Shown piece by piece: positions 14,898 to 25,998 of a stretch of DNA of 64,000 nucleotides. This DNA comes from Octopus vulgaris (lineage: Eukaryota): NCBI GenBank assembly GCA_951406725.2, contig OX597817.1:20088001-20152000 (forward strand), read 5' to 3'. The first letter of the stretch is position 1. Each line of letters starts with the position of its first letter. The position numbers were made by a program, and so were the translations under genes. The notes under the pieces are model-generated. The model did no database searches, had not been told where the DNA came from, and was given only the letters and a program-made list of their open reading frames with translations.

Positions 14898-15452
14898 TCA
14901 GGTCACTTTCGAGTGCTACTGGTAACATGTAACCCAGTACAACCTGTTGCATGGTCGGGTCGTCGGTGACTAAACCGGCAACCCCACCAAGCTTGCTTGG
15001 TGAGGAGGGTGTTTATTGGACACCCTGCTTGTTGAAAAACAAAACTCGTCAAAGGGCGGAGGAACTTTTGAGAGTCAACGGCCATCCAATAAATGTCTTA
15101 AGGCTGTATCATGCGCGGGAACATAGAAATAATCGGACTGAACACCCGATCGCGCAGTTAAAACCATTGGGAGCGAAGGACTCCTAGCCTTTGTTAGGGC
15201 ATCCTTCTAGGAGAAGGTAATTCAGGTAACTGGGATAACTCCGACATAAAACCTGCGGCTCAGTGATTACCGATGAGGTTTACTTGTTCTTCTTTTTGGA
15301 TTATGGCTGCTGTTGCTTAGTGAGTGGGATTGACTCAGTGCACAGCCTTTCCTCACTTTGAAAAAAATCTTCTTCCACAGGCATTGCACGATAACAACAT
15401 TGATTAAACTTCGCGCAACGGCCATACTCGATAACGAGGGGGCAGCCACCAT
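14898..15452 (+). mobile_element. Unclassified GC-rich non-autonomous element, possibly RTE-related, between (TATG)-type repeats
   Basis: Sharp GC-rich block flanked by tatg repeats. The motif ctagcctttgttagggcatccttctaggagaaggtaa resembles RTE-type UTR sequence from recollection only. Confidence 0.45.
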
Positions 15453-17427
15453 GTATGTGTGTATGTGTGGGTAAGTGTTGAATTGTAATAGTTGTGTAAC
15501 AAAGTTTGACTGTATGCATTAATGTCCAGAAAAATTATACGATGGGTGAAAGCGGTGTATTCATATGTTGGCAGACATTCTCTGCTTCTGGTTTCATTCA
15601 CCCTTCTGTGACCAGGATGTGACAACATATTCAAAAATATATAGTCTGTCGAAACAATCACATTTTGTATATTTTGAAAATTTGATTCTCATTCTCTCAA
15701 TGTCCGATTTGAAAACTCGCAAACAACATGAACATACACTGAAGAATATCTGTTCATTGTCATATAATTCTATGCACATACACACACACACACGCACAAC
15801 CGCTCACACACGCATGCATCCGGAAGCATACACACATATATACGAACATCTATACATATATGTACACACACACACATACACACATATATATATCGTAAGT
15901 CGTAACTGTAATGCGGTCTATATTCTATATGATTTATACATATTCAATTTTAAAGGTGTCACAGTGACTATCATACGATGTTTATATAACACTTATAGGA
16001 ATATAATAAACGAAAAGGTTATCAGTAAATATCTCTACATTATACTACATTGTATTCACTTTTCTTGTAACGATTACCTATAGACAATAAACATCGAAGC
16101 CTATCCACTTATAACAGTGGATTAATCAAATAGTAACACAAATTTATCTCTGAGGCATCTATTTGAGGTGTAATGTAACAAATGTTCATGCTCATTGGCT
16201 ATTTGTCAAACACAGTAGGTAATTTCATAACATTGTGCATGCACATTCTCTCTCTTTCTCTCACACACGCGCATACATATACATACACGCGCACACACAG
16301 TCACACACACACACACACACACACGCACACACAATCAAACACAAACACTCGCATCTATATGTATGTATATGAGAATATACACATTGCATTACTTCTTTAC
16401 AATTTCTTGGATTAATCTAGATATATTTGCAACGGATATGTTGATATATAGACGGATTGAACATTGTTGTTGGGCATCAGCCTCTAAATGAATAAAGTAT
16501 TATTGTTAAGGTCTTTCCTGTCGCTCTCGCATTTCGTAATAATTCTTATACTTTAACATGTATTTTAATCGGTTCCCCTCTTCCCAATTATAATGAAAAT
16601 TACAAGAAATAAATTATAGACTGTAGGGAGAAATATGCAAATATACCTCAAGAAAACCATCCTCTTCTTCAAATTTTAATGGAAATAAATATTTTTAACA
16701 GCAGTTAACAAAATAAGAAAACAAAACAAAACAAAGCAAAAGAGACACTTATGTATTTTTCTCCTAATCAACTTCTAACAGGAAATACTATTATTTTTAG
16801 GAATTTAACTAACATAAATAACGAAAGAAAGAACAACCAGAACACATATATTTCAGTAAAGAAAGGAATAAATGAAAAATGCGACATGTAATAGGGTTAG
16901 TGGTTCCAACTCTTCTGCATTCGCTGGTGCTACCAGAAATATACTGGTTCCTCAGGTGAGCATTGCGGTGGCGCAACAATCTTCCTGATATAGCATCGTG
17001 GCAGGAAAAATTCGTTCGTATGTCACTGTATTTTGAACGGCAAGAAAACACAAGATATCCCCCTCAAATTATTGTCAGATATCTGCAACATGGGGGACTA
17101 TAAGGATATAAGAGATACAGACAATTTGTTGTGTAGAACACCACCCCCCCACACAAAAATACCAAAAAGGAAAGATGCAAGAAAGAACCGCAATCAAAAG
17201 CAAAATGTATGGAAGCCATACAATTCGTCGCAACTTTATGGGACGCCATGAAATTAGCAGTTTTTATAACGAAGACGATATATTTAATAACTAGAATAGT
17301 TTAATGCTTATTTATTGGAACTCTCCGACGATAGATTCCTTAAGTCTTACCAATCGACTAACAAAAGTACCTCACGAACGTTGTTAATTTTCACAATATT
17401 GATCTAGTATGTATATATATATATATA

Positions 17428-17492
<65 letters not shown>

Positions 17493-17590
17493 AAGTAGAT
17501 AAGTGAATTATCTTATTACGGATAATTCAAATGATAACCGATACCTGGGTAGCAAAAATCACAACAGAAAAAGCACGGTTGAAATTATGG

Positions 17591-17632
<42 letters not shown>

Positions 17633-17724
17633 TGTACATATATATATATATATATATATATGTACATATATATATATGTATATATATAAATATATATATA
17701 TACATTAATATATATGTGTATGTG

Positions 17725-17759
<35 letters not shown>

Positions 17760-17845
17760 AAGGGTGAAAAGGAACACACGAGTTGATATATATGAAAAAA
17801 CAAGTCAAAATAGAAAATGCTAAAATAATTTTACAAAGAACATTT

Positions 17846-17883
17846 CAGTACCGGTTTCGGTCATTTTGAGACCTTTTCAACTG
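17846..17883 (-). ncRNA. Minimal type I hammerhead ribozyme, U3-A8 core variant
   Basis: Minus strand reads cag-UUGAAAA-gguc(ucaaaau)gacc-GAA-ACCGGU-A-cug, with helix I, helix II, a palindromic helix III and a GUA site. Confidence 0.75.
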
Positions 17884-18133
17884 TAACGATTAAATAATTA
17901 AATTTAGAAAAATTAAAAGAAAAGTTTTTTTAAAGGAATATTTGTATAGTGTACAAATATAAGTGGCATTCTGCCTTTCTCTGTCTCCCTTGTTTGCACA
18001 CAGCCGCGAACACACAAGTGCAAACAAGGGAGACAGAGAAAGGCAGAATGCCACTTATATTTGAACACTATACAAATATTCCTTTAAAAAAACTTTTCTT
18101 TTAATTTTTCTAAATTTAATTATTTAATCGTTA

Positions 18134-18171
18134 CAGTTGAAAAGGTCTCAAAATGACCGAAACCAGTACTG
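18134..18171 (+). ncRNA. Mirror copy of the U3-A8 hammerhead (helix III ACCAGU)
   Basis: cag-ttgaaaa-ggtc..gacc-gaa-accagt-a-ctg. Confidence 0.65.
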
Positions 18172-18456
18172 AAATGTTCTTTATAAAATTATTTTAGCAT
18201 TTTCTATTTTGACTTGTTTTTTCATATATATATATATATATATATACATATTTAAGTAGGTGAATGAATTATCCTATGTTTATCGTCAGCATGGATAATT
18301 CGTTTAACCGATACCTGGGTAGCAAATTCACGTCAGAAAACACGGTTGAATCAACCTGTCAAGGGTAGAAACTCCGGTTTCTTGTGTAGAAATTTGTGCG
18401 TTATATAAATGAATGAAAGAATGGAGTCGAACGAAGATGTTAACAAAATTCCTTTA

Positions 18457-18538
18457 CTCTCGCCATATGTTTCGAAAGCAGCATATTTTTATTCCGAAGG
18501 AATAAAAGGTACATTATGCTATCTTCTCATCGGGAAAG
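18457..18538 (-). ncRNA. Type I hammerhead-like motif with long helix II, probably inactivated
   Basis: cuuuc-CCGAUGA-gaag..agcaua..hairpin..uaugcu..uuuc-GAA-ACAUAUGG-C-gagag. U4C variant, and U16.1 appears mutated to G. Confidence 0.55.
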
Positions 18539-18959
18539 ATAAGGAGCCTCTCTCAACCACAAAACGAACAAAAATTTCGATGATTGCCTACATGGTGATC
18601 ACAGCGATAATGAGTGTATTTTAAAAAATCCGTTATAAGCATTATTATCATAATAGTGTTTGTTTGTCTATTGGCATATATTGCATTTCTTTTCCGTAAG
18701 TTTGAAATCATTTCTGTTGTTACATTGTTATTTTGAAGTGAATTTATTATCATTTTAAGATAAACCAGAATCTTTGCGTGCTGGTTAGCTGTCTTCATCT
18801 GTTGCCCTTAGAGGCTAAGTTAGGGTTTTGTTTAACAAAGACGCCTCACAATATTTGTTTACAATAAAGATGGCGCACGAGTAATGCTCGTCCTTTGAAA
18901 AGAGCATCTACGTACTCGTAGAACAGACAAGCAAAATTGTAACATCCGTGAGAGTAACC

Positions 18960-19110
18960 GCAGCAGCAGCAAAAAAAAGGAGGAGGAGGAGGAGAAGAGA
19001 AAGAAGAAAAAGAAGAAGAGAAGAAGATGAAGAAGAAGAAGAAGAAGAAGAAGAAGGAGGAGGAGGAGGAGGAGGAGGACAACAACAACAACAGCAACAA
19101 CGACAACAAC
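18960..19110. repeat. Compound trinucleotide microsatellite (GCA/AGG/AGA/GGA/CAA)
   Basis: Direct repeats. Confidence 0.9.
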
Positions 19111-19112
19111 GC

Positions 19113-19487
19113 TCGAGGTTTATTCTCTAGAAAAACGACGATGCCGTGGTGATCTCATTCTTGCTCACAACAGCATAAGCGGAAAGTGTAACCTCTCGAA
19201 AGAGCTGTTCTTCACTCCTGCTCCAGAGCGTCGGCTGCGGGGTCATCCCGAAAAGCTCTATCTGCAACAATTTCATCTCAATCGAAGGAGAGGGGCTTTC
19301 TCCGTCCGGGTTACGGATCCGTGGAATAAGCTGCCGGACGAGATGTTGAAGATGCCGACGACATCTCGGTTCTCCCTTGACCACAAGTGGCCTGAAATCT
19401 TTACATGAACACCATCCTGTACATAACTCCATGTCCCCCTACATGGCCTTGCCTTTTGCTTTTTGAGCCAAAAAATTAACTAACTAA
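19113..19487 (+). mobile_element. 3' end of a CR1-like LINE (ORF2 C-terminus and 3' UTR)
   Basis: Translation VYSLEKRRCRGDLILAH..RRLRGHPEKL..RRRGAFSVRVTDPWNKLP matches the CR1 ORF2 C-terminal pattern. Ends in taac repeats. Confidence 0.85.
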
Positions 19488-21274
19488 AAACAACAACGAC
19501 AACAGCAACAACAGCAAGAACCACTACAGCAACAATAACAGCAACAAAGCAGCAGCTACAGCAGAAACATCAACAAAAACACACCGTGCGAAATGTATGA
19601 AGCTAATTTTTCGCTGTTAAAAATTTCAACACCACTATTACCATGATAGGAACTATAAAACAGAACATTGGCAACAAAAGCAGGAAGAACACTAGCGAGA
19701 ACACTGTCACGAACAATCTTTCAGTCAAGGTGATTGGCATTAGTCTAAAGGAATACGAAGCTATGTGAAAGGACCTATGATTAACCAGGAAGAGTCTGCT
19801 GGTCTGCAGCTCGGAACTTGCAGATGCATGTCAATGCAGTCCAATATCTTCATGGGGCGCTCGGTTGAAGGACCGGTTAAAATTTTATCACTCTCTCGTT
19901 TGGTCCTGACATCTAGGTGGACAGGAACAGAGAGGAGGTGATGTACATGGTGGGCAATTTTACTTAGAAATGGGAAGAGAGGAAGCTGTCTCTGATGATT
20001 CGAGTGGAGATGGCGAATGCGTATTTCACTTTCGGGACGAGGTGGCTAGACGCGCCTGCCTGGGATGCTCTTGCATATCTCAGTGACAGGAGTCGTGGGG
20101 TTCCTTTGTTTTTCTTGGGCTGAACTTCACATTTCTTGGGAAGTTTATTGATCTTAAATATAAATCTTAAATATAAGGATCAATAATTTGTAAATGTGAC
20201 AGTACATGTCTCTCGCCGAATTGTAAGGACGCTTAGTGATTCCTAAGTATATAGCAAGCACTTAAATATGTCCCACTTTTCGCTTATATTTTGAAATTGT
20301 CTTCGATATGATTTCCACTAGCACCGTATACAGGTACCACGAAATTTATTGCGAATGAACTGGACTATAGAGGTGATTATATACTTAACTATGGAAGGAT
20401 TATCTACTGATAGTAACATGCACCTCTAATAGTTAAATACATATATTACTAACTAATTTGTCAGAAGTTAGTTTTGAGGTTATGTGACAGCAATCATTCG
20501 GGATGTTTTAGATGGAAATTATAAGCAGTTAATGCATCGCTATAGACGTTTCCAGAAGTCACATGTCCATTAAAATTACTGTCAGCATTCCTGAGATGAT
20601 TGTAATATGTAGTATCTAGTATCCATGGACATAAACTTAATCATTTTCAAGCATTTATTCCTTCGATTGATATAACTCAGTAACATTTCATACTGTTCAA
20701 AAGGGGTAAGCATCCTTCTTTTCTGAGCTCACCTTCTGCTGTCGTTGACTTTACCTTTTAATCTTTCTGGTCTATGCAATACATGGTGATGCATTTACAA
20801 ATATTTTTCCCGCTAGTCTGAGTGCTATGTGAGTGCATGGTTTTCATTCATATTATCATCATTGAATATTTTTTACCCCAATCTTGATATTGGATAAGCA
20901 AAGATTTGTTTATTTTTTAGAACAGAAGTATTTCGATAACAAAACTAATTACATTCTCGCTTACGTCTCACATATCCTTTCAGCGACGGATGATAAGGAA
21001 TCGTTTGTACACCTGTTGGGAGATAGTGCTAAGTGTTTTAATTATAGTTACAAAAATTTAATTAAAACGTGTGATATTACATTTACAAAAAGATTAAAAT
21101 ATTATAAAATATTAAGAGATTTATATGAAATTGTATTTAATTTGGATGTTTTGTTTGTTTTTATCACCACGCACATAGTAATGTTCGCAGCTCTCACGCA
21201 CTTTTCACCTGTTAACAATTCAGCTAAGTGCGATAAATAACTAATCATTTCTCCCACTATCATTTAACGTGGCA

Positions 21275-21400
21275 CTCAGTCACTCACTCACTCACTCACT
21301 CACGCACTCACTCACTCACTCACTCACTCACTCACTCACTCACTCATCAACTCACTCAGTCTTTCACTCGCTCGCTCACTCACTTACTCATTCACCCACT
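21275..21400. repeat. (CACT)n microsatellite
   Basis: Direct repeat. Confidence 0.9.
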
Positions 21401-21515
21401 CGCTATTTGTCCTTTGATGTCCTTATGCATTTGTATTAATTCCTAAGTTCGACAGAAAATCAGTGAGCACATTGCTTTATATGGATTCTCCAACGCAATC
21501 ATGATCATGATTAAG

Positions 21516-21546
<31 letters not shown>

Positions 21547-21606
21547 GCATCGTTTTTTCATTCTTTTCATCATATTAATTACGAATATAATTTTCTTCTT
21601 CTTCTA

Positions 21607-21625
21607 ATTATTATTATTATTACTA

Positions 21626-21695
<70 letters not shown>

Positions 21696-21768
21696 CATCA
21701 TTATTATTATTATTATTATAATTATTATTATTATTATTATTATTATTAATATTATTGTTATTATTATT

Positions 21769-21855
<87 letters not shown>
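21607..21855. repeat. (TTA)n microsatellite
   Basis: About 250 bp of direct repeat abutting the R4/Dong-like element. Confidence 0.95.
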
Positions 21856-21872
21856 TAGATCTGTATGACGGC

Positions 21873-23465
21873 TCGTCATATCACCTCACTTACATGGATG
21901 ATTTAAAGCTCTTTGCAAAATATGTCCAACAACTCAAGGGCTTACTAGCGATTGTTAAACAATTCAGTGATGACATCAAGATGCAATTTGGCCTCGATAA
22001 ATTGTGAGAAAGCTACCTTTATCAAAGGAAGAATGACAGAAACATCTAACGTTAACCTTGACCATCAGACTTTCATAACAGAATTAGAACCAGCGGAGAG
22101 CTACAAATACCTAGCGGTAATTGAAGGGGACAGTATTAAACATTTGATGAGGGAAACGATAAGAAGAGAATGTTATCGCAGGGTGAGAGCAAGAGAGAGC
22201 TGAATAGAAGAAACAGGATATAAGCTACCAATGCTTTAGCCATACCAGTCGAGACTTACAGAAAATACGAAATCTGTTGAGAAGGCATAGAATGCACCAC
22301 TCTAAGGCAGATATAGAACGACTTTAGCTGCCAAGAACAGAGGGAGACGGTGACATTTTACAACTGGCATTAACAAAGAAGATTGCCAGAATCGGCTTAG
22401 ACACCTACCTGAAAATCTCTGAGGACTGGATGTTAAAACTGGTCTACAAGTATGAAAATATGAAAGCATTATACTCAGTAACAAACCAGGCAAAGGACTA
22501 TCTAACTGAATTCCAAATAAAACAAATCCTGAATTAGACATACTAGAAACAAGCACTGAAAAAGCTAAGCGCATGAAAACCGATGCTAAAAATTCTGCCT
22601 TATATATTCTGACTAATACATGGCAAGAAAAATCTCTCAATGGCAAATTCACAAAGAGAGCTAATAAGCCGATGTTAACAAACTCTTACCCATCAATGGT
22701 TATTGGATTCTGGCTTAAAATCAGAAACAGAAAGGTTTATCATAGCAACCCAAGATCAAGGCTTACCTTCAGGGAACTACCAGTCCAACATATTAAAGAA
22801 CGCCAACTTCCAAACATGTCGTGTACGTCATCAACAAAATAGAACCATTGATCATGTTGTCTTCATGTGCAGACATCTTGCGCCTACAGAATATCTCAAC
22901 AGGCATGATAGAGCTGCACAATATATTCACTGGGTAACATGCAAAAACTAGGACTTACCACATGACAAAAACTGGTGGGAACACAAACCATCTACAGTGA
23001 TTGAAAATGTTAACATCTCACTCCTCTGGAACGTCACCATTTAAACCGACAGAAAGATGCATGAAAATATGCCAGACATTATATTGAAATGCTTCCTCAC
23101 TGATATAACTGTAATTGTCAAGACCTGCCAAAAACTGAGCAAGTATAAAGATCTTGAGATATAAAATAGGAAAATGTGTAACATGAAGACTAAAACAATA
23201 TAAGTTGTCATAGGTGCCTTAGGAATGATTGCAAAAGGGGCTCATTGATACCTAGCTCAGATACCAGGAAACCCCGAAATGGCAATAACTCAAAAGATAG
23301 TGCTAATGGGAACTGCTCGTATCCTACGTATAATATTGTCTATGTAATCTCAAATTATAAAGCAAACATACTTTTTTATGGTTTCTTAAACATTCTCTAA
23401 AACAAATCTATGTTGGCGTTATGAACTTCTAATTTGTTGTCTCGAGGTCTCGGGTGAGACTTGAA
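21873..23465 (+). mobile_element. Decayed R4/Dong-like non-LTR retrotransposon (RT C-terminus, zinc knuckle, restriction-like endonuclease, 3' UTR)
   Basis: Motifs YMDDLKLFAK, FSDDIKMQFGLDKC, YKYL, KADIERL, SGLKSETE.FIIA.QDQ, CR...TIDHVV..C, YLNRHD, PDII, KLSKY.DL and VVIGALG, with many stops and frameshifts. Confidence 0.85.
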
Positions 23466-23489
23466 GGCAGTCCCAAAGGATAGTTACAT

Positions 23490-24165
23490 TTTCTCCCTCA
23501 GTTACAGCCTCAGGGTGGTGCTTGTACAGTTTCTCAGTAGTTTCGATTTTATAATGCCAACATTATCCAATGTAAATATTGTCTAACTGTCATTTATTGA
23601 TTTGTACTATACACGTGCAAAAACCGTATATCCAGAAATTAGGTGGTCGACTGATACTATTCCATTGTTGCAGTATCGACTATTTGGGTCTACGCCATTT
23701 TCCTCATATAGGCTTCATAGTTCTTGTTCAATAAGATATGATCTTGGGCAGCCAAGATAAAGCCTTCAATCTCTGCTTTTAGCCCTGAGCTCCGTAGCCA
23801 TGGATGATTGTGCTTCTGGTCGACATCAGCTTGTTTGCTACGGGCCACATATTTGCTATGCAGAAGATGTTGTTCCCACATATCAGCCAATTGTTCACAC
23901 GCATTTTGCTTTCCTGCTGGTTTAACCTTCTTTGCAAGTGCAGTTGCTGCAGTTCCTTCATGCATTTCAACCTGGGTACAATGCATAAACTCACATGAAC
24001 ATGCTTTGGTCTCTTTCATAAGGAAATACAGATTCTTACGTTTTTGAATGGTTTTTCAACGATATTTAGCATCCACTCTTTCGATGTTTCAAGATATTTT
24101 GCCTGCCTTATTGTGAAGGATTTGTTGTATTGGATTTCCTTGAGCTCTGGGTAGGTAAAGTCGAC
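23490..24165 (-). mobile_element. Second, divergent R4/Dong-like fragment
   Basis: ORF 23690-24019 contains W.Q..LH.KY..WLRSSGLKAEIEGFILAAQD..L.KNY. Confidence 0.8.
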
Positions 24166-24169
24166 AATA

Positions 24170-24264
24170 AATTATGATAATAATAAAAACAGCAACAATG
24201 ATAACAATAATAATAGTAATAATAATAGTACTAATAATAATATTAATAATAATAATAATAGTAC

Positions 24265-24305
<41 letters not shown>

Positions 24306-24336
24306 TTAATAACAATAATAATAATAATAATAATAA
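24170..24336. repeat. (TAA)n microsatellite
   Basis: Direct repeat. Confidence 0.95.
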
Positions 24337-24702
24337 TGCCCTGATGTAGTACCAGGCATTGGCTCTCGGGGCTTCTGATCTTAACCTGTTGGAAGTGTTT
24401 TCATGTACATTGTTTTGTCTTGGTATAAAAGATGGCCTACAGCAAATATTCTGCTCAATAACACAGACTTGCGTGTCAGTTGTTTGACTTTAACAGGTTG
24501 AGCATGTCTCTTAGTGGCTGACGACATGTGCATCTCTGATGACGAGCATAAGCAGTGGGGGAGCATCAAAGCCATGTGTTGAGAGGAATTCTTTGGGGTT
24601 CGAATAATTCACCTCTGGGAACATGGGTGTTTCGTTCAACATCCTTAAACAACCCTTATTCAGGGACTTTTTGAGCGGGATGGGTTACTCGACCAGAAGA
24701 AA
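24337..24702. repeat. Unclassified repeat-like block between (TAA)n and an R4-like fragment
   Basis: Higher-GC block with sharp edges. Its family cannot be assigned from the sequence alone. Confidence 0.45.
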
Positions 24703-24705
24703 ATA

Positions 24706-25998
24706 TTTTGTAAATTACCCAGTGAATATTATTCTGCTCCATCATGCCTGCAAAGATAATCTGTAGGCGCAAGAAGACTTCATATGGTGACAACATGATC
24801 ACTGGTTTCATTTTGCTGTTGACATACGCGACATGTTGGCAGCTGGCATTCTTTAATATGCTGGCCCTGTAGTTCCGCGTAAGTAGGCATTTATCTTGGG
24901 CTACTATGATTAATCCTTCTGTTTCTGATTTTAAGCCAGAAGCCACTAACAATTGATGGACAAGGTTCTGTCAACATCGACACAATTAGCTCTCTTTCGG
25001 TATTTGCCATTGAGAGATTTTCCTTGCCATTTATCATTAAGAATATCTAAGGCATCAGTTTTAGCACTTTTATGTGTTTTTTCTGTACGTCTAATTCAGG
25101 TATCTTTTTATTTGGACTTCACGTAGTTATTCCTTTGCCTGTTGTATTACTGAGTATGATGCTTTCTTATTTTTATGCTTTCAGACAAGTTTTAAAATCC
25201 AGTCAAATGAATTTCTTAGGTAGGTGTCTAGGCCGATTGTGGCAAACTTCATTGTAAATTCCAGTTGTAAATGTCCACGGCCACCCTCTTTTCGTGGCAG
25301 ATAAAGTCGTTCTACATCTTCCTGCTACTAGTGCATGCTATGCATTATTAATAATTATCGTATTTTTCTGTCAATATTACAGATTTCAGTAATTGACTAG
25401 TTAATGATATTGAAACTGTAAGTCACGCCTGGTATGGCTAAAGTATCGATCCCTTCGTACCTTTTTATGGCATTCAGCTCTGGTTTTAGTATTGTCCTTA
25501 CGCTGCTATAACATTCTCTTCTGATCTTTTCCCTCATCACTGAATGTTCGATTCCATTCCTCCTCAAATACCCCTAGGTATTTGTCGCTCTCCGCTGGTT
25601 CTAATTCATTTATGGTATTCTTTTTGTCAATATTAATATTGGATGTTTCTGTCATTTTCATTTCATAAAGGTAGCATTTGCACATTTATCGAGGCCAAAT
25701 GGCATCTTGATGTCGTCACTGAATTGTTTAACAATCGCTAGTAAGCCCTGTAGTAGTTGGTCATCTTTTGCAAGTGCCTTTAAACAATCCATATAAAGGA
25801 GAATATTTATATTTTTATTAAACATTTTCTAACCGCATTGTACATCAATCAGCAATTTCAAGGGAGATACGAAGGCGAGGCAAAAGAGAAGTGCTGATAG
25901 AGCGTCACCTTGGAAAATGTTACATGAAATTGTTACGTCTCTAGCATTAAGCGATCAATTGTCAGTGTTCAAAGTCAGTGTGGTTCTTCCTGATCTCA
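24706..25998 (-). mobile_element. Third R4/Dong-like fragment, inverted relative of 21873-23465
   Basis: IFQGDALSALLFCLAF and SGLKSETEGLIIVAQD motifs, with clear reverse-complement similarity to 21950-22950. Confidence 0.85.

Larger units (their letters stand above)
17786..18231. mobile_element. Fold-back element with ~214-bp inverted arms and 18-nt loop, one HHR per arm
   Basis: 17786-17999 is the reverse complement of 18018-18231 with few mismatches. Flanked by (TA)n. Confidence 0.9.

Noticed and set aside
18846-19130. Low-complexity poly-R/E/G/Q ORF
   Set aside because: Compound trinucleotide microsatellite next to a LINE fragment.
20884-21240. 118-aa ORF
   Set aside because: AT-rich, non-ATG start, no recognisable domain or splice support.
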